Origin: an uncultured bacterium
GTDB taxonomy: Bacteria; Patescibacteriota; Patescibacteriia; SG8-24; DYFX01
DNA length: 64,000 nt
Assembly (NCBI GenBank): GCA_937900255.1
Contig: CALCDZ010000001.1
Coordinates: 57,988-121,987 of the forward strand
Direction of reading: 5' to 3'
Notes under the pieces: generated by a model
What the model was told of the DNA's origin: nothing
What the model saw: the letters and a program-made list of their open reading frames with translations, nothing else
Databases searched by the model: none
Part shown: piece by piece, positions 1-9,500 of the stretch
Numbering within the stretch: position 1 is the stretch's first letter
How the letters are laid out: the number at the start of each line of letters is the position of its first letter
Translations under genes and position numbers: made by a program

Positions 1-312
1 GAGCTCATCGAGGAACTGCGCCGCTTGGAGCCGTCCGGCGTCGGCAATCCGCGCCCGAAGTTCCTCCTGCGCGACGCCCGCGTCGCGGCCGCGCAGCTGA
101 TGGGCCAAGAAGGGAAGCACCTGCGCCTGACGGTCGCTGGCGGAAAGGGCGGCCGCCTGAAGCTGGTCGGTTTCGGCTTCGGCGGACGCTTCGGGGAAGT
201 CTCGCCGGGCCAACCGATCGAAGCGGTCGTGGAGCTTGAAATCAACGGATGGAACGGCCGGGTCGAACCGCAAGGACGGCTCATCGATTTCCGCATGGCA
301 GACGGCTCGTGA
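1..312 (+). CDS. recJ: ssDNA-specific exonuclease RecJ, C-terminal fragment (5' end lies upstream of the window)
   Basis: Frame 1 is open from nt 1 to the stop at 310-312. Translation (ELIEELRRLEPSGVGNPRPKF...HLRLTV...VELEINGWNGR) resembles the RecJ C-terminal OB-fold region. Confidence 0.6.
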   Translation, partial: ELIEELRRLEPSGVGNPRPKFLLRDARVAAAQLMGQEGKHLRLTVAGGKGGRLKLVGFGFGGRFGEVSPGQPIEAVVELEINGWNGRVEPQGRLIDFRMADGS

Positions 313-338
313 CGCCGCATGTTATACTCTTTCATGAT

Positions 339-752
339 ATGCCGAAGCATCTCATTACCTACACCGACGGCGGTTCGCGCGGTAACCCGGGTCCGTCGGC
401 GTTCGGTTACGTCGTGAAGACGCCTGATGGCGAGACGATCGCAGGGCACGGGGAATACATCGGCATCACCACCAACAACCAGGCGGAGTACAAGGCCATC
501 CTGGCGGCCATCCGCAAGGCGCGCGAGCTGGGCGCCGAGACGCTGGAGATGCGGATGGATTCGGAACTGGCGATGAAGCAGCTGACGGGGGAATACAAGG
601 TGAAGGATCCCGGCATCGCCACGCTCTACATGCTGATCCACAACGAACGCGTGGCCTTCAAGAAAGTCGCCTTCAAGCACGTCCGGCGCGAGTTCAACAA
701 GGAAGCCGACGCGCTGGTCAATCAGGCGCTGGATCGGCAGATGAAGAAATGA
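339..752 (+). CDS. rnhA: ribonuclease HI
   Basis: MPKHLITYTDGGSRGNPGPSAFGYVV...NNQAEY...DSEL...NKEADAL gives the RNase H DEDD motifs. ATG at 339 is preceded by TATACT (-10 like) at 323-328. Confidence 0.85.
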   Translation: MPKHLITYTDGGSRGNPGPSAFGYVVKTPDGETIAGHGEYIGITTNNQAEYKAILAAIRKARELGAETLEMRMDSELAMKQLTGEYKVKDPGIATLYMLIHNERVAFKKVAFKHVRREFNKEADALVNQALDRQMKK

Positions 753-783
753 GAAACCCTCCGGTGACGGAGGGTTTCGGTTT

Positions 784-2649
784 TCAGCGGACTCCATCGG
801 ATGCGGACTTGCCGTTCCGTTTGGCCTTGGCGTCGCGCAGCTTCACCAGGCGCTCGGCGTCGGCGATAAGGGCGCCCAGGCCGACATCAAGGCCGCTCCC
901 CCAGAACGCCGGCGTGCCAGGGTCGAGACCGAACGGCTTCATGAGGCCCTTGGCGTCCTGGGTTCCGCCCTTGCGGAGCAGGTTCAGGTAGAGCGGCTCG
1001 AAGCGCTTGCCGTACTCGTCCTTCCGAGCATAGAGGCTCTGCGTCAGCAGTTCGCCCACGGCATAGCTGTAGACGTAGAACGGTCGGTGGAAGTGGCCGA
1101 TGTAGGCCCAGAGGTTGGACATGTCGGCATAGGTGAAGACATCGCCGTCCTTGCCGTAAAGCTCGCGGGTCACGTCCAGCCAGATGCCGGAGAGCTCTTC
1201 CGCCGAGAGCTTCTTGCCGGTGCCGTGCAGCCGCCGTTCGAAGTTCGAGAAGCTGATCTGGCGGACGACGGTGTTGAGCATGTCGCCGATCTTTCCGGAT
1301 ACGAGCGCGAGCTGGGCATCGATGTCGCCGGACAGGGCCAGTTTCTGACGCAGGTGATGGAACGCGGTCATTTCGCCGAAGACCGAGGCGGTCTCGGCAT
1401 AGGCCATCGGCGCGTGCGCCATGAGCGTGCCTTGCGCCTCGCCGGCCAGGAGGCCGTGGACCGCGTGCCCTTCCTCATGCGCGATGGTCATGACGTCGCG
1501 GCCTGAACCTTTGTAGTTCAGGAAGTTGAACGACACGGGCCGTCCGTCCGGCAGGACGATCGACATGCAGTAAGCGCCGCTTTCGCGTCCGGGTCCGGCT
1601 GGGGCGTCGATGCGCCGGTCCTTTAACATGTCGCGGATGAGGTTGGCGAGCGTCGGGCTGAAGCTCTCGTAGGCCGGGAGCACGATTTCCTCTTGGGCGA
1701 CGTGGAACGGGATGACCGAGTGGTCCTCGAACGGCAACGGTGCGTTGCGATCGCTCCAGCGCAGCTTGGGCAAGCCCAAAAGTCCGGCCTTGAGCTTGTA
1801 CCAGCGGCGCGCAAGGGGGCCGCCGGTCGCCAGGACGGCTTCATGCAGGGCGTCAACGGCCTTGTCCGGCAGCATGTTATCCATGTTGCGGGACTGCATC
1901 GGATGGCGGTACTTGCGTTCCTTGCGTTCGAGCGCGCTCGAACCGGCCACCTGCCAAAGCACCTGCGCCGAGAACTTGCCGAAGCCGCCGCCCAGGCCGT
2001 CATTGACGACCTTGAGAGCGCGAGCCCGACGTCCAGCGTCGAGGTCGTCGCTCATGACGTGCAGGGCATCGGTCAGCGTGAGTTCCTGGCCTTCGAACGG
2101 GAAGCGCAGGTCGGCCTCGACCTCGTCGTAGAACTCGCTCCAGCTGCCGGGGCCGAAAGGGCTGCGTTTGGCGAGTGCGCCCTCCACGCCCTCGGCAAGG
2201 ACGTGCGGCTTGAACTTGCGCGCCTGGCGGATCCATGGCAGATGCTTGCGCACGAACGGATCCTTGGCGGCCTGGCGGGCGATCGACGCTTCGGGCAGGG
2301 CGAGCAACTCCAGTTCGAAGAAGGTCAGGTACGCGCCGCTGGCGGACGAAAGCGCCAGGTCTGCTTCGGCGCTCTTGGCGATGATCCGGCGATCGTTCAC
2401 GTCGGTGCTCTTGGTCATGTGCAGAAAGGCGCCGATCCTGCCCATGCGAGCGTTGATGTCGGCATAGGCGCGGAGGGCCTTCCCGAGCCCGGAGGAGAGC
2501 TTGCCGCGATACGTGGCATGGAGGCGCTTGGCGCGGACGATGATGTCCTTGAGGTCCTTGTCGAGGCCGGGATCATCGATGCTCTTGTAGAGTATGGACA
2601 GGTCCCAGCGGGTCTTTTCGGCTCCGGTCGTGGCGACTGACGTAGTCAT
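784..2649 (-). CDS. pepF: oligoendopeptidase F (M3B zinc metallopeptidase)
   Basis: 621-aa ORF with the HEEGHAVH zinc-binding motif and M3-family length and layout. Confidence 0.85.
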   Translation of the reverse strand: MTTSVATTGAEKTRWDLSILYKSIDDPGLDKDLKDIIVRAKRLHATYRGKLSSGLGKALRAYADINARMGRIGAFLHMTKSTDVNDRRIIAKSAEADLALSSASGAYLTFFELELLALPEASIARQAAKDPFVRKHLPWIRQARKFKPHVLAEGVEGALAKRSPFGPGSWSEFYDEVEADLRFPFEGQELTLTDALHVMSDDLDAGRRARALKVVNDGLGGGFGKFSAQVLWQVAGSSALERKERKYRHPMQSRNMDNMLPDKAVDALHEAVLATGGPLARRWYKLKAGLLGLPKLRWSDRNAPLPFEDHSVIPFHVAQEEIVLPAYESFSPTLANLIRDMLKDRRIDAPAGPGRESGAYCMSIVLPDGRPVSFNFLNYKGSGRDVMTIAHEEGHAVHGLLAGEAQGTLMAHAPMAYAETASVFGEMTAFHHLRQKLALSGDIDAQLALVSGKIGDMLNTVVRQISFSNFERRLHGTGKKLSAEELSGIWLDVTRELYGKDGDVFTYADMSNLWAYIGHFHRPFYVYSYAVGELLTQSLYARKDEYGKRFEPLYLNLLRKGGTQDAKGLMKPFGLDPGTPAFWGSGLDVGLGALIADAERLVKLRDAKAKRNGKSASDGVR

Positions 2650-2731
2650 ATCGGTCCTTCCAGTTAAGGTGCGATGTCCCCAGTTTGCGGTGCGTGCGCG
2701 GACGTGTCAATTCAGGTAAAATGGCTCGCAT

Positions 2732-4159
2732 ATGGGGATGCTCGGACGTATCGCGAGATTCACCGCCCTTCTTTTCGCAGTGGGAGCGTTTTGGCTGTTT
2801 TCGATGCCGAAAACCGCTTTCGCCGCCGCACATAACGTCAACGGCTGGGCGTGGTCGGGAACCACCGGCTGGATCTCGACGAACTGCAACACCGACCCGA
2901 GCGGTTGCGGAGGGGCGGCGGGGGATTATGGGTTGGATATCGATGCGACCGGAAACCTTTCCGGCTGGGCATGGTCGAGCCAGGCGGGTTGGATCTGCTT
3001 CGGCTCCACCTGCAACGGCGCGCCGGGCGCTCCTCCCGGAGGCACGCCATCGAGCCCCGCGTCCGCGGCCGATCACTATTGTCCGGGCTTCGTGCCGTGC
3101 GCCCGGTACGACTCGGCGACCGGCAAGCTGCACGGATGGGCGTACGTCATCAGCCAGACCGACGGCACGGACTATCGCGGCTGGATTTCGTTGAACTGCG
3201 AGGATGTCGGAACCAATACCGCTTCCCCGCATGCATGCCCTTCTTCCGACTACGCGGTATCGTTCGACGAGTCCGCCACGCAGGCGGCGGGAGAATTCTA
3301 CGGCTTCGCCTGGAACGGCAACGGCGACAATACCGGGAACGGCTGGATCGGTTTCAGTTGCGGACAGCCTTTCAGTTCTTGCGGCGCCGGCGGGCCCGGG
3401 CGTTGGGGCGTTACGAGCGGTTGGGTCAATACCGGCTGGTCGCAGATCCTCCCGATCGAAGGCGTCTACTCGCCTCCGGGAGGGGAGCCGACCTCCACGC
3501 TGTCCGACATCCCGATCGTCTTCAAGCAGTTTTCGGCGCCTGCGGGGTCGATCCTCGATTGCGTCTTCCGCATGTCGGACGGATCGTACCGGCAAATCGA
3601 GAGCGTTTTCCCGTCGCGCATCTCGCGCGTCGATCATGTGGAAACGTACTCGATCCTTGCGGGCGACGCGGTCGTCGATGGCGCCGGCAATCCCGTCCTA
3701 TGGACGTTCAGTTCCCAACCGCCGTCCCCGCCGTACGGCTGCGAAATCAGCGGGTCGCCATCCGTCCGCAAAGCCGTCTCGAACCCGATCGCCGTCCATC
3801 CGCAGACCTGGACGTTCGCCGGTCCGGGCGGAGCGGGGACGCTCGACGCGCTGCGGGCGAAATACTGCCTTGACGGCAATGTCGTCGCGGACCCATCGCG
3901 CGCCTACTTCCTGAACACGGCGCCAGATGGCACGGTCGTGCAATGCGATACGGAAGGCGATCTGGCCCTTACGTTGCTGCGCGCGCGCGGCGTACCGGTG
4001 GAGGTGAAGTGCTACGACAATATCGACAACGACGCCAACCTCCAGAAGGATTGCGCAGGCGGGACGCCCTCCACGGCTCCGGACCGGAACTGCCGCGGCA
4101 TCACGTACCTGTGCATCCCTCATCCTGCCGCTTCGTCACCGCAACCGCCCCGTCCATGA
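2732..4159 (+). CDS. secreted Trp/Cys-rich repeat protein (four G-W-A-W...G-W-I...C repeats plus one DND Cys repeat at the C-terminus)
   Basis: N-terminal signal peptide MGMLGRIARFTALLFAVGAFWLFSMPKTAFAAA. Repeats GWAWSGTTGWISTNC / GWAWSSQAGWICFGSTC / GWAYVISQTDGTDYRGWISLNC / GFAWNGNGDNTGNGWIGFSC. C-terminal KCYDNIDNDANLQKDCAGG. Stop overlaps the next start (ATGA at 4156-4159). Confidence 0.7.
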   Translation: MGMLGRIARFTALLFAVGAFWLFSMPKTAFAAAHNVNGWAWSGTTGWISTNCNTDPSGCGGAAGDYGLDIDATGNLSGWAWSSQAGWICFGSTCNGAPGAPPGGTPSSPASAADHYCPGFVPCARYDSATGKLHGWAYVISQTDGTDYRGWISLNCEDVGTNTASPHACPSSDYAVSFDESATQAAGEFYGFAWNGNGDNTGNGWIGFSCGQPFSSCGAGGPGRWGVTSGWVNTGWSQILPIEGVYSPPGGEPTSTLSDIPIVFKQFSAPAGSILDCVFRMSDGSYRQIESVFPSRISRVDHVETYSILAGDAVVDGAGNPVLWTFSSQPPSPPYGCEISGSPSVRKAVSNPIAVHPQTWTFAGPGGAGTLDALRAKYCLDGNVVADPSRAYFLNTAPDGTVVQCDTEGDLALTLLRARGVPVEVKCYDNIDNDANLQKDCAGGTPSTAPDRNCRGITYLCIPHPAASSPQPPRP

Positions 4160-7100
4160 AGAAACGCGTCCTTATCGCCGCCGCTCTCATCGCCGCCGCT
4201 TCGGCCTGGCGCGTTTTTTGGCCGCCCGCAGCCGAAGCGCTGACCGGGTCTTCCTGCCCAGGCAACATCTGTAACGGCACGGTGAAGGTCGGCGGACAGG
4301 ATGTCGGATACTCTTGGACGGAAAACCAGGGCGCTGCGGGCGCGAGCCTCAAATTCCGTTTTCGGAGCGGTCCATACGTGGCCAGCGCGGATCCGGTGCG
4401 TTTCATCGTCACCGTCAGCGCGCCGTTCACTTCGAACTCCAGCCTGAAGAATCCGAGCCCGAGCACGGCTTTGCCTCCGAACCAGGTCGTCAACGGCCCG
4501 AGGACGATCGTCGAGCGGTCTTCCGCGTCCGTGAGTGCCGGTACCAGTTACGATTTCGTCCAGGAACTTCAGTACGGCTCGGCATCTCCGGGAACCGTTT
4601 CCGTCACGCTTGAGTTCGACGCGTACGGCACCGCCAAATTCGTCGGGCCGTTCGACGTCTACTTCGACTCCGCTTCGCCGTCGAACCGCGATGAGGGCGG
4701 ATCGCTCGCCCCCATTTATGGGGGAGGGTATCGTCAATGCTACGACGCAGTGGATAACGATCTCGATTATCGGCAGGATTGCGCCGACGCGGATTGTTCC
4801 GGAAAGCCTATCGGGGCGACCAGCGTCTGCGAAGCCTCGGAAACGACCTGCAACGACGGATTGGACAACGACGGCAACGGCAAGACGGATTGCGCCGACC
4901 CGCTCTGCAACGGCAGGCCCGGCAACGCCGCCGGCACCAAATCCTGCGGGGTGGAGAACGGTGGCGCCGCTCATGCCAACTGTGCCGACGGCTTCGATAA
5001 CGACGGCAACGGCAAGATCGATTGTTCCGACGACGCGCCCGGGACCGGCTGCTGGAAGTCCGGCTTCCAGGATTGCGCCGCGACCGAGACGTCCTGCACC
5101 GACAACATCGACAACGATCGCGACCAGGATTACTCGTCGGCCGTCGATGCGAATCCCGGAACAGGCGTCGATTGCCGCGATTACGATTGCAAGGGGCGGG
5201 GTAACTGCACGACCGACGAACGCAAGCGCTGGGATGCCGGTTCCGGCACGTTCGTCGAGGACCCGGCCCAGTGCTTCGACGGCATCGATAACGATCTTGA
5301 CGGCATGAAGGACTGTGCCGATCCTGATTGTCTCGGAGCGACGAGCGGCGCCCAACGTTGCACTACGTATGAGGCCTACCTGCCTCCGCGTCCTCTCGAC
5401 CCGACAGGCGCTTCGGCGCCGGCTTTCTATTTCAACTACTGCAACGACGGCATCGACAACGACGGTAACGGACTGACTGATGCCCTTGACCCGGCTTGCA
5501 AGAACGTTTTCGGCGAATGCGGTCCATCTCCGGCCATCGAAGACTTCACCTCCCTCTCCTGTTCGGACGGCAAGGACAATGACCTGAACGGGCGGATCGA
5601 CTGCGGCGATGCCGCTTGCCGCGCGGGCGGGAAGATCGGACGCGCCGGCTGCTTGAACGGGACGTGCGGCCTCCCTGCCAAATATGCGACGACGCAAACG
5701 GACGCGGCCGCGTGCGCCGCTTCCGAAAACGCCGCCAGCGTCTGCGGTGACGGCATCGATAACGACGGCAACGGCAAGGCGGATTGTTCGGACGCCAGCT
5801 GCGCCGGGCTGCGGCATGGCCCGACCGTCGGTTCGGTCGGCGCGCCTTACGTATGCGGTGCGGAGTCCGGGCCGCTGACCTGCCATGACGGCGCCGACAA
5901 CGATTCGGACGGCGGCGCGGACTGTTTCGACGCGGCCTGCCAGGACGGCGCGCAATGCGCCAAGCGTCCCGGAGCCGGAGGTTGGGCGCTTGCGGCCAGC
6001 TGCCCCGTCATTCCGGAAACGACTGCCCTGGCGCCGATCGCGCCGGGGAGCTTGGTCCTGCAGTACGCCCATGATGACCGCATCTACGCCGGAAGCCCAT
6101 ACCGCGTCCGCTTCGTCGGATACGGCAGCTTCAGTTCGCTGACGATCGTCATCGGGGATGCGGCGGTGCCGGCCAATGCGTTTCCGTTCGATGCCGGAAC
6201 CGGCAACTGCACGCTGGCGGGAACGGGTTCAGCCAAGCTGCGGTACGGAAGCCCTTCCGCCGGAGTGGGCGTCATCACCGAGATTCCAGGGCAGGCTCCT
6301 TCGGATTTCGACGTGACGTTGACATGCGCTTCCTCTTCGGCCATGCCCCTGGGCCCGCGCAGCTACAAGCTTTCGGTCGTGGATACGCATGCCGGCAACG
6401 TCGAGTTCGGAGAGGCGTCTCCCGTCGTCCAAGTGTTCGAGCACATGCCGCCGACGCTCACGGATCCGGCCGTCGAGGCGGAGGCGATCGTCTCCGGCAA
6501 GGTGGACGTGCCGGTCGGCGGTACCGTCCGTTTCCAGGCGACGCCGTCATCCGACCCTTCCGGAATCTGCCGCTGCGACTTCAACCTGAACGGGATGTCG
6601 ACCAGCTCGCCAGACGGCAATTGCCTGGTGACGATCGGTCCGTTCGCGAACGACGCCCCCTCCTATGCGATTTCGGCGGCTGCCGTCGACGGGGCTTCCA
6701 ATAAAAGCGCGACCAGCACGATCCAGACGATTAACGTGAACGTCATCCCGTCGGTCGCGGAAGATCTCACGCTCGGCGTCGACGGGAACGGCGCGGCTGT
6801 CACCACCTATCGCGGAGGCGATGACATCAGCCTCTCGGCGAACTACCGGACCGACACGCTCAGCACCTTCCCGGCCGCCTCGAACTGCCGCGTCTATGTC
6901 TACGACAAATCCTGGACCGGCGGCCAGGCGGCCAGCGTCTCGATGACGCCGGTGCCGGTAGGCGATATGCTCGGTTGCCAGGGCGTCTATACCGTCCCGG
7001 CTGGCCTGGCGGCGGGCCGTTATTGGATTTTCGTCGAGGCGACGGATTCGAGCGGGGACATCGTGCGTTCCAACGTCCAAACGTTCCTGAAATGCGAGCC

Positions 7101-8367
7101 TTCGGATGTCGGTACCGGCGATTGCAAGGATGCCGACTTCGATCATGACGGGGTTCCGGAAGGCCGTTATACCCCCGGCGCGTACGCTTCGCCTCCGACG
7201 CCGACGTACCCAGGCGCACAGCCTCATGCATGCGATGATTGCGTCAACCTTTACAATCCGAACCAGACCGACCGGAACGCCAATGGCATCGGCGACGCCT
7301 GCGAAGCCGGCGCGGTCGGTCGCTGTCAGTACAAATACTGCGGTTCCGCCCCGAACGACGCGACGCCTGGCGCGGCTTGCTCGACCGATGCCGATTGCGC
7401 GGCGCCGGACCTCTGCATCGTCGTCGATCAGCCGATGTGCACCGTCAACTGCGCCGCGGACGCCGATTGCCAGCCGCCGAACCTCGCGCTTTCCGGCGTG
7501 TGCAAGCTCGATTGGGGCGTCTGCGACGGAACCGGCGCGGGGGCGGGGGATTGCTGCTTCTCGAACTCCGATTGCGTTTCCGGAACCTGCAAGGCGCTCG
7601 TCAAGCCGTTCATCGAGACGGTTTCCGGCCAGATCTACAGCGGGGGCGAACTGCAGGCCGGCGAGACGCCGCCCGTCTATAACGCGACGTTCTGCCTGCA
7701 GTCCAACGGCTCGATCACCAATTTCACGAGCGCGGGCGGCTGCTCGCTCTCCGGTATCCCTGAGTACCGGATACCTTCCAAGGAGACGGGGTATTCAGGC
7801 TCCTTCGGATCGATCGACGTCGACGGTATCCTGAACGGGAAATATGGAGCGCTGAAGACGCCGGCACAGCCACCTGACCAGCTCGGCGGCGGCATCTACT
7901 ATTATCCCTCAGGCCTGACCGTGAGCGCGCCGATCGTCTTCAAGAACTCCGCGGGCGTCGCTCGCGCCAACGGGCTTGTGGTCGTCAAAGGGGACTTGCA
8001 CATCGACGCTGACCTTGAATACCAGGACCGCAACGAAAGCGACCTCAAGAACCTGGCCTCGGTCGGGTGGATCGTGCTCAAGGATGCGGGCGGGTCCGGC
8101 GGCAACGTCTACGTGTCCGGCACGGTCCGCAAGCTGGTCGGTGCGTTCTATGCCGAAAACGGCATCGATACCGGTGAAGGGACGACCCAGCTTGAGGCAG
8201 CGGGCGCCTTCGTCGCCAGGAACTTCAGCTTCAAGCGGCAGTATGCGTCGCGGACGTCGGGTTCGGAGCGCGTGACGTTCGACGCGCGCCTCATCCTCAA
8301 TCCACCGCCGGGCCTTTCGGATGCCGGACGTTCCCTGCCCGGCTTCCGTTCCGTGTCGGGGGAATGA
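4156..8367 (+). CDS. giant secreted Cys-rich repeat protein (nine CxDGxDNDGNGKxDCxDxxC repeats; thrombospondin-type-3 / MopE-like metal-binding motif) - putative surface adhesin
   Basis: Start MKKRVLIAAALIAAASA (signal peptide) at 4156; the ORF-track start at 3943 is an upstream extension. Nine tandem Asp/Cys repeats at 4738-5950. A TSP3-like YNPNQTDRNANGIGDACE at ~7243-7308. Further Cys-rich modules lie at 7300-7600. About 1403 aa. Confidence 0.75.
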   Translation: MKKRVLIAAALIAAASAWRVFWPPAAEALTGSSCPGNICNGTVKVGGQDVGYSWTENQGAAGASLKFRFRSGPYVASADPVRFIVTVSAPFTSNSSLKNPSPSTALPPNQVVNGPRTIVERSSASVSAGTSYDFVQELQYGSASPGTVSVTLEFDAYGTAKFVGPFDVYFDSASPSNRDEGGSLAPIYGGGYRQCYDAVDNDLDYRQDCADADCSGKPIGATSVCEASETTCNDGLDNDGNGKTDCADPLCNGRPGNAAGTKSCGVENGGAAHANCADGFDNDGNGKIDCSDDAPGTGCWKSGFQDCAATETSCTDNIDNDRDQDYSSAVDANPGTGVDCRDYDCKGRGNCTTDERKRWDAGSGTFVEDPAQCFDGIDNDLDGMKDCADPDCLGATSGAQRCTTYEAYLPPRPLDPTGASAPAFYFNYCNDGIDNDGNGLTDALDPACKNVFGECGPSPAIEDFTSLSCSDGKDNDLNGRIDCGDAACRAGGKIGRAGCLNGTCGLPAKYATTQTDAAACAASENAASVCGDGIDNDGNGKADCSDASCAGLRHGPTVGSVGAPYVCGAESGPLTCHDGADNDSDGGADCFDAACQDGAQCAKRPGAGGWALAASCPVIPETTALAPIAPGSLVLQYAHDDRIYAGSPYRVRFVGYGSFSSLTIVIGDAAVPANAFPFDAGTGNCTLAGTGSAKLRYGSPSAGVGVITEIPGQAPSDFDVTLTCASSSAMPLGPRSYKLSVVDTHAGNVEFGEASPVVQVFEHMPPTLTDPAVEAEAIVSGKVDVPVGGTVRFQATPSSDPSGICRCDFNLNGMSTSSPDGNCLVTIGPFANDAPSYAISAAAVDGASNKSATSTIQTINVNVIPSVAEDLTLGVDGNGAAVTTYRGGDDISLSANYRTDTLSTFPAASNCRVYVYDKSWTGGQAASVSMTPVPVGDMLGCQGVYTVPAGLAAGRYWIFVEATDSSGDIVRSNVQTFLKCEPSDVGTGDCKDADFDHDGVPEGRYTPGAYASPPTPTYPGAQPHACDDCVNLYNPNQTDRNANGIGDACEAGAVGRCQYKYCGSAPNDATPGAACSTDADCAAPDLCIVVDQPMCTVNCAADADCQPPNLALSGVCKLDWGVCDGTGAGAGDCCFSNSDCVSGTCKALVKPFIETVSGQIYSGGELQAGETPPVYNATFCLQSNGSITNFTSAGGCSLSGIPEYRIPSKETGYSGSFGSIDVDGILNGKYGALKTPAQPPDQLGGGIYYYPSGLTVSAPIVFKNSAGVARANGLVVVKGDLHIDADLEYQDRNESDLKNLASVGWIVLKDAGGSGGNVYVSGTVRKLVGAFYAENGIDTGEGTTQLEAAGAFVARNFSFKRQYASRTSGSERVTFDARLILNPPPGLSDAGRSLPGFRSVSGE

Positions 8368-8404
8368 TCGGGTCCGTCCCATCCGTGACGGTCTTGCGCG
8401 CGAG

Positions 8405-8415
8405 TGTGCTATACT
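8405..8415 (+). promoter_or_regulatory. extended -10 (TGTGCTATACT) upstream of pilM
   Basis: TGn plus TATACT, 26 nt upstream of the pilM ATG. The same TATACT hexamer recurs before rnhA (323-328), the third pilin (16116-16121) and pgi (57362-57367). Confidence 0.4.
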
Positions 8416-8440
8416 CTTTGGGAATCCACATACGGAGGCT

Positions 8441-9499
8441 ATGGCGTTTCTTGCCCGATCAAAACCCAGCTATCTCGGCATCGACTTCGGCGCGGGCGGC
8501 ATCAAGCTCGTCGAGTTGATGAACGAGAAAGGACGGGCGCGCCTCGTCACCTACGCGTTCATCGAGCGCCCGGTGGCCGAAATGCCGCACGGTTACGTCG
8601 ACGATCCGACCGCGACGGCGGAGTTGCTGAAGAAGATGCTCAAGAAGGCGAAGACGACGACGAGAAAGGCCGTGTCGGCCCTGCCGATCGCCTCGGTCTT
8701 CAGTTCCATCATCAGCGTCCAGAAGTCCTCGAAACGGGAAGAACTGGAACAATCCGTCCAATACCAGGCCAAGAAGCTGATTCCGCTGCCGCTTGAAGAG
8801 ATGTCGGTCGACTGGAAACCGCTCGCGGCGCCCTCGCAGGATCCCGAGGAGAAATATCTCCAGGTGCTGCTGACGGGAGCGGCCAAGACGCTGATCGGGA
8901 AGTATACCGGCATTTTCGCGGCGGCCGGACTCGAACTGCTCAGTCTCGAGACGGAGGCGCTGGCGATGATCCGTTCCCTGATCGGGCGCGACCGTTCGCC
9001 GACGCTGGTGCTCGATATCGGGACCGTCCGGACGAACATCCTGATCGTCGAGAATGGCATCCCGCTCGTCAGCCGGAGCGTCGCGCAAGGGGGGGCGACC
9101 GTCACCAGGGAAATGTCTTCGGCGTTGGGCGTGCCCGAAGACCAGGCGGAGAGCATGAAGATCGACGCCTCCGCGATGGCGGCGATGTACGAAAACGGTT
9201 TCCCCAAGCTGTTCGAAAACGCGTTGGCTCCGATCCTTTCGGAACTCACGTATTCGACCAACCTGTTCCTCGGGCAGAAGGCCAACGAGAACAAGCGTCT
9301 GGACAAGATCATCCTGACCGGCGGCGGCGCCCTGCTGCCGCAATTGGCGGATCATCTTTCCAAGGCGATGAATCTGCGCGTCTATATCGGCGATCCTTGG
9401 GCCCGGGTCGTCTACCCGGAGGCCTTGCGTCCCGTGCTCAACCAGATCGGGCCGCGGTTCGCGGCTGCGGTCGGTTTGGCGATGCGCGACATCGATTGA
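8441..9499 (+). CDS. pilM: type IV pilus assembly ATPase-like protein PilM
   Basis: MAFLARSKPSYLGIDFGAGGIKLVEL... actin-like fold typical of PilM. RBS GGAGG at 8435-8439. Extended -10 TGTGCTATACT at 8405-8415. Confidence 0.85.
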   Translation: MAFLARSKPSYLGIDFGAGGIKLVELMNEKGRARLVTYAFIERPVAEMPHGYVDDPTATAELLKKMLKKAKTTTRKAVSALPIASVFSSIISVQKSSKREELEQSVQYQAKKLIPLPLEEMSVDWKPLAAPSQDPEEKYLQVLLTGAAKTLIGKYTGIFAAAGLELLSLETEALAMIRSLIGRDRSPTLVLDIGTVRTNILIVENGIPLVSRSVAQGGATVTREMSSALGVPEDQAESMKIDASAMAAMYENGFPKLFENALAPILSELTYSTNLFLGQKANENKRLDKIILTGGGALLPQLADHLSKAMNLRVYIGDPWARVVYPEALRPVLNQIGPRFAAAVGLAMRDID

Positions 9500-9500
9500 T

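Noticed and set aside
2685-3873. Alternative-frame ORFs 2685-3194 and 2851-3873 within the first surface-protein gene
   Set aside because: They overlap the frame that has a signal peptide and ordered Trp/Cys repeats. Their translations are Arg-rich and low-complexity.
3943-4155. ORF-track start of the giant protein at 3943 (MRYGRRSGPY...)
   Set aside because: The upstream gene's ORF is still open in another frame here. A clean signal peptide begins at the ATG at 4156, which overlaps the upstream stop as ATGA.
4120-6072. 650-aa antisense ORF opposite the giant adhesin gene, and other long antisense ORFs (8459-9523, 11370-13031, 12988-14247, 28200-29486, 30107-31561, 38635-41031, 41522-42955, 57143-58216, 62134-63717)
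   Set aside because: These are typical GC-rich shadow ORFs. The opposite strand carries well-supported genes with recognisable motifs, whereas the antisense translations are Arg/Ala/Gly-rich and low-complexity with no motifs.
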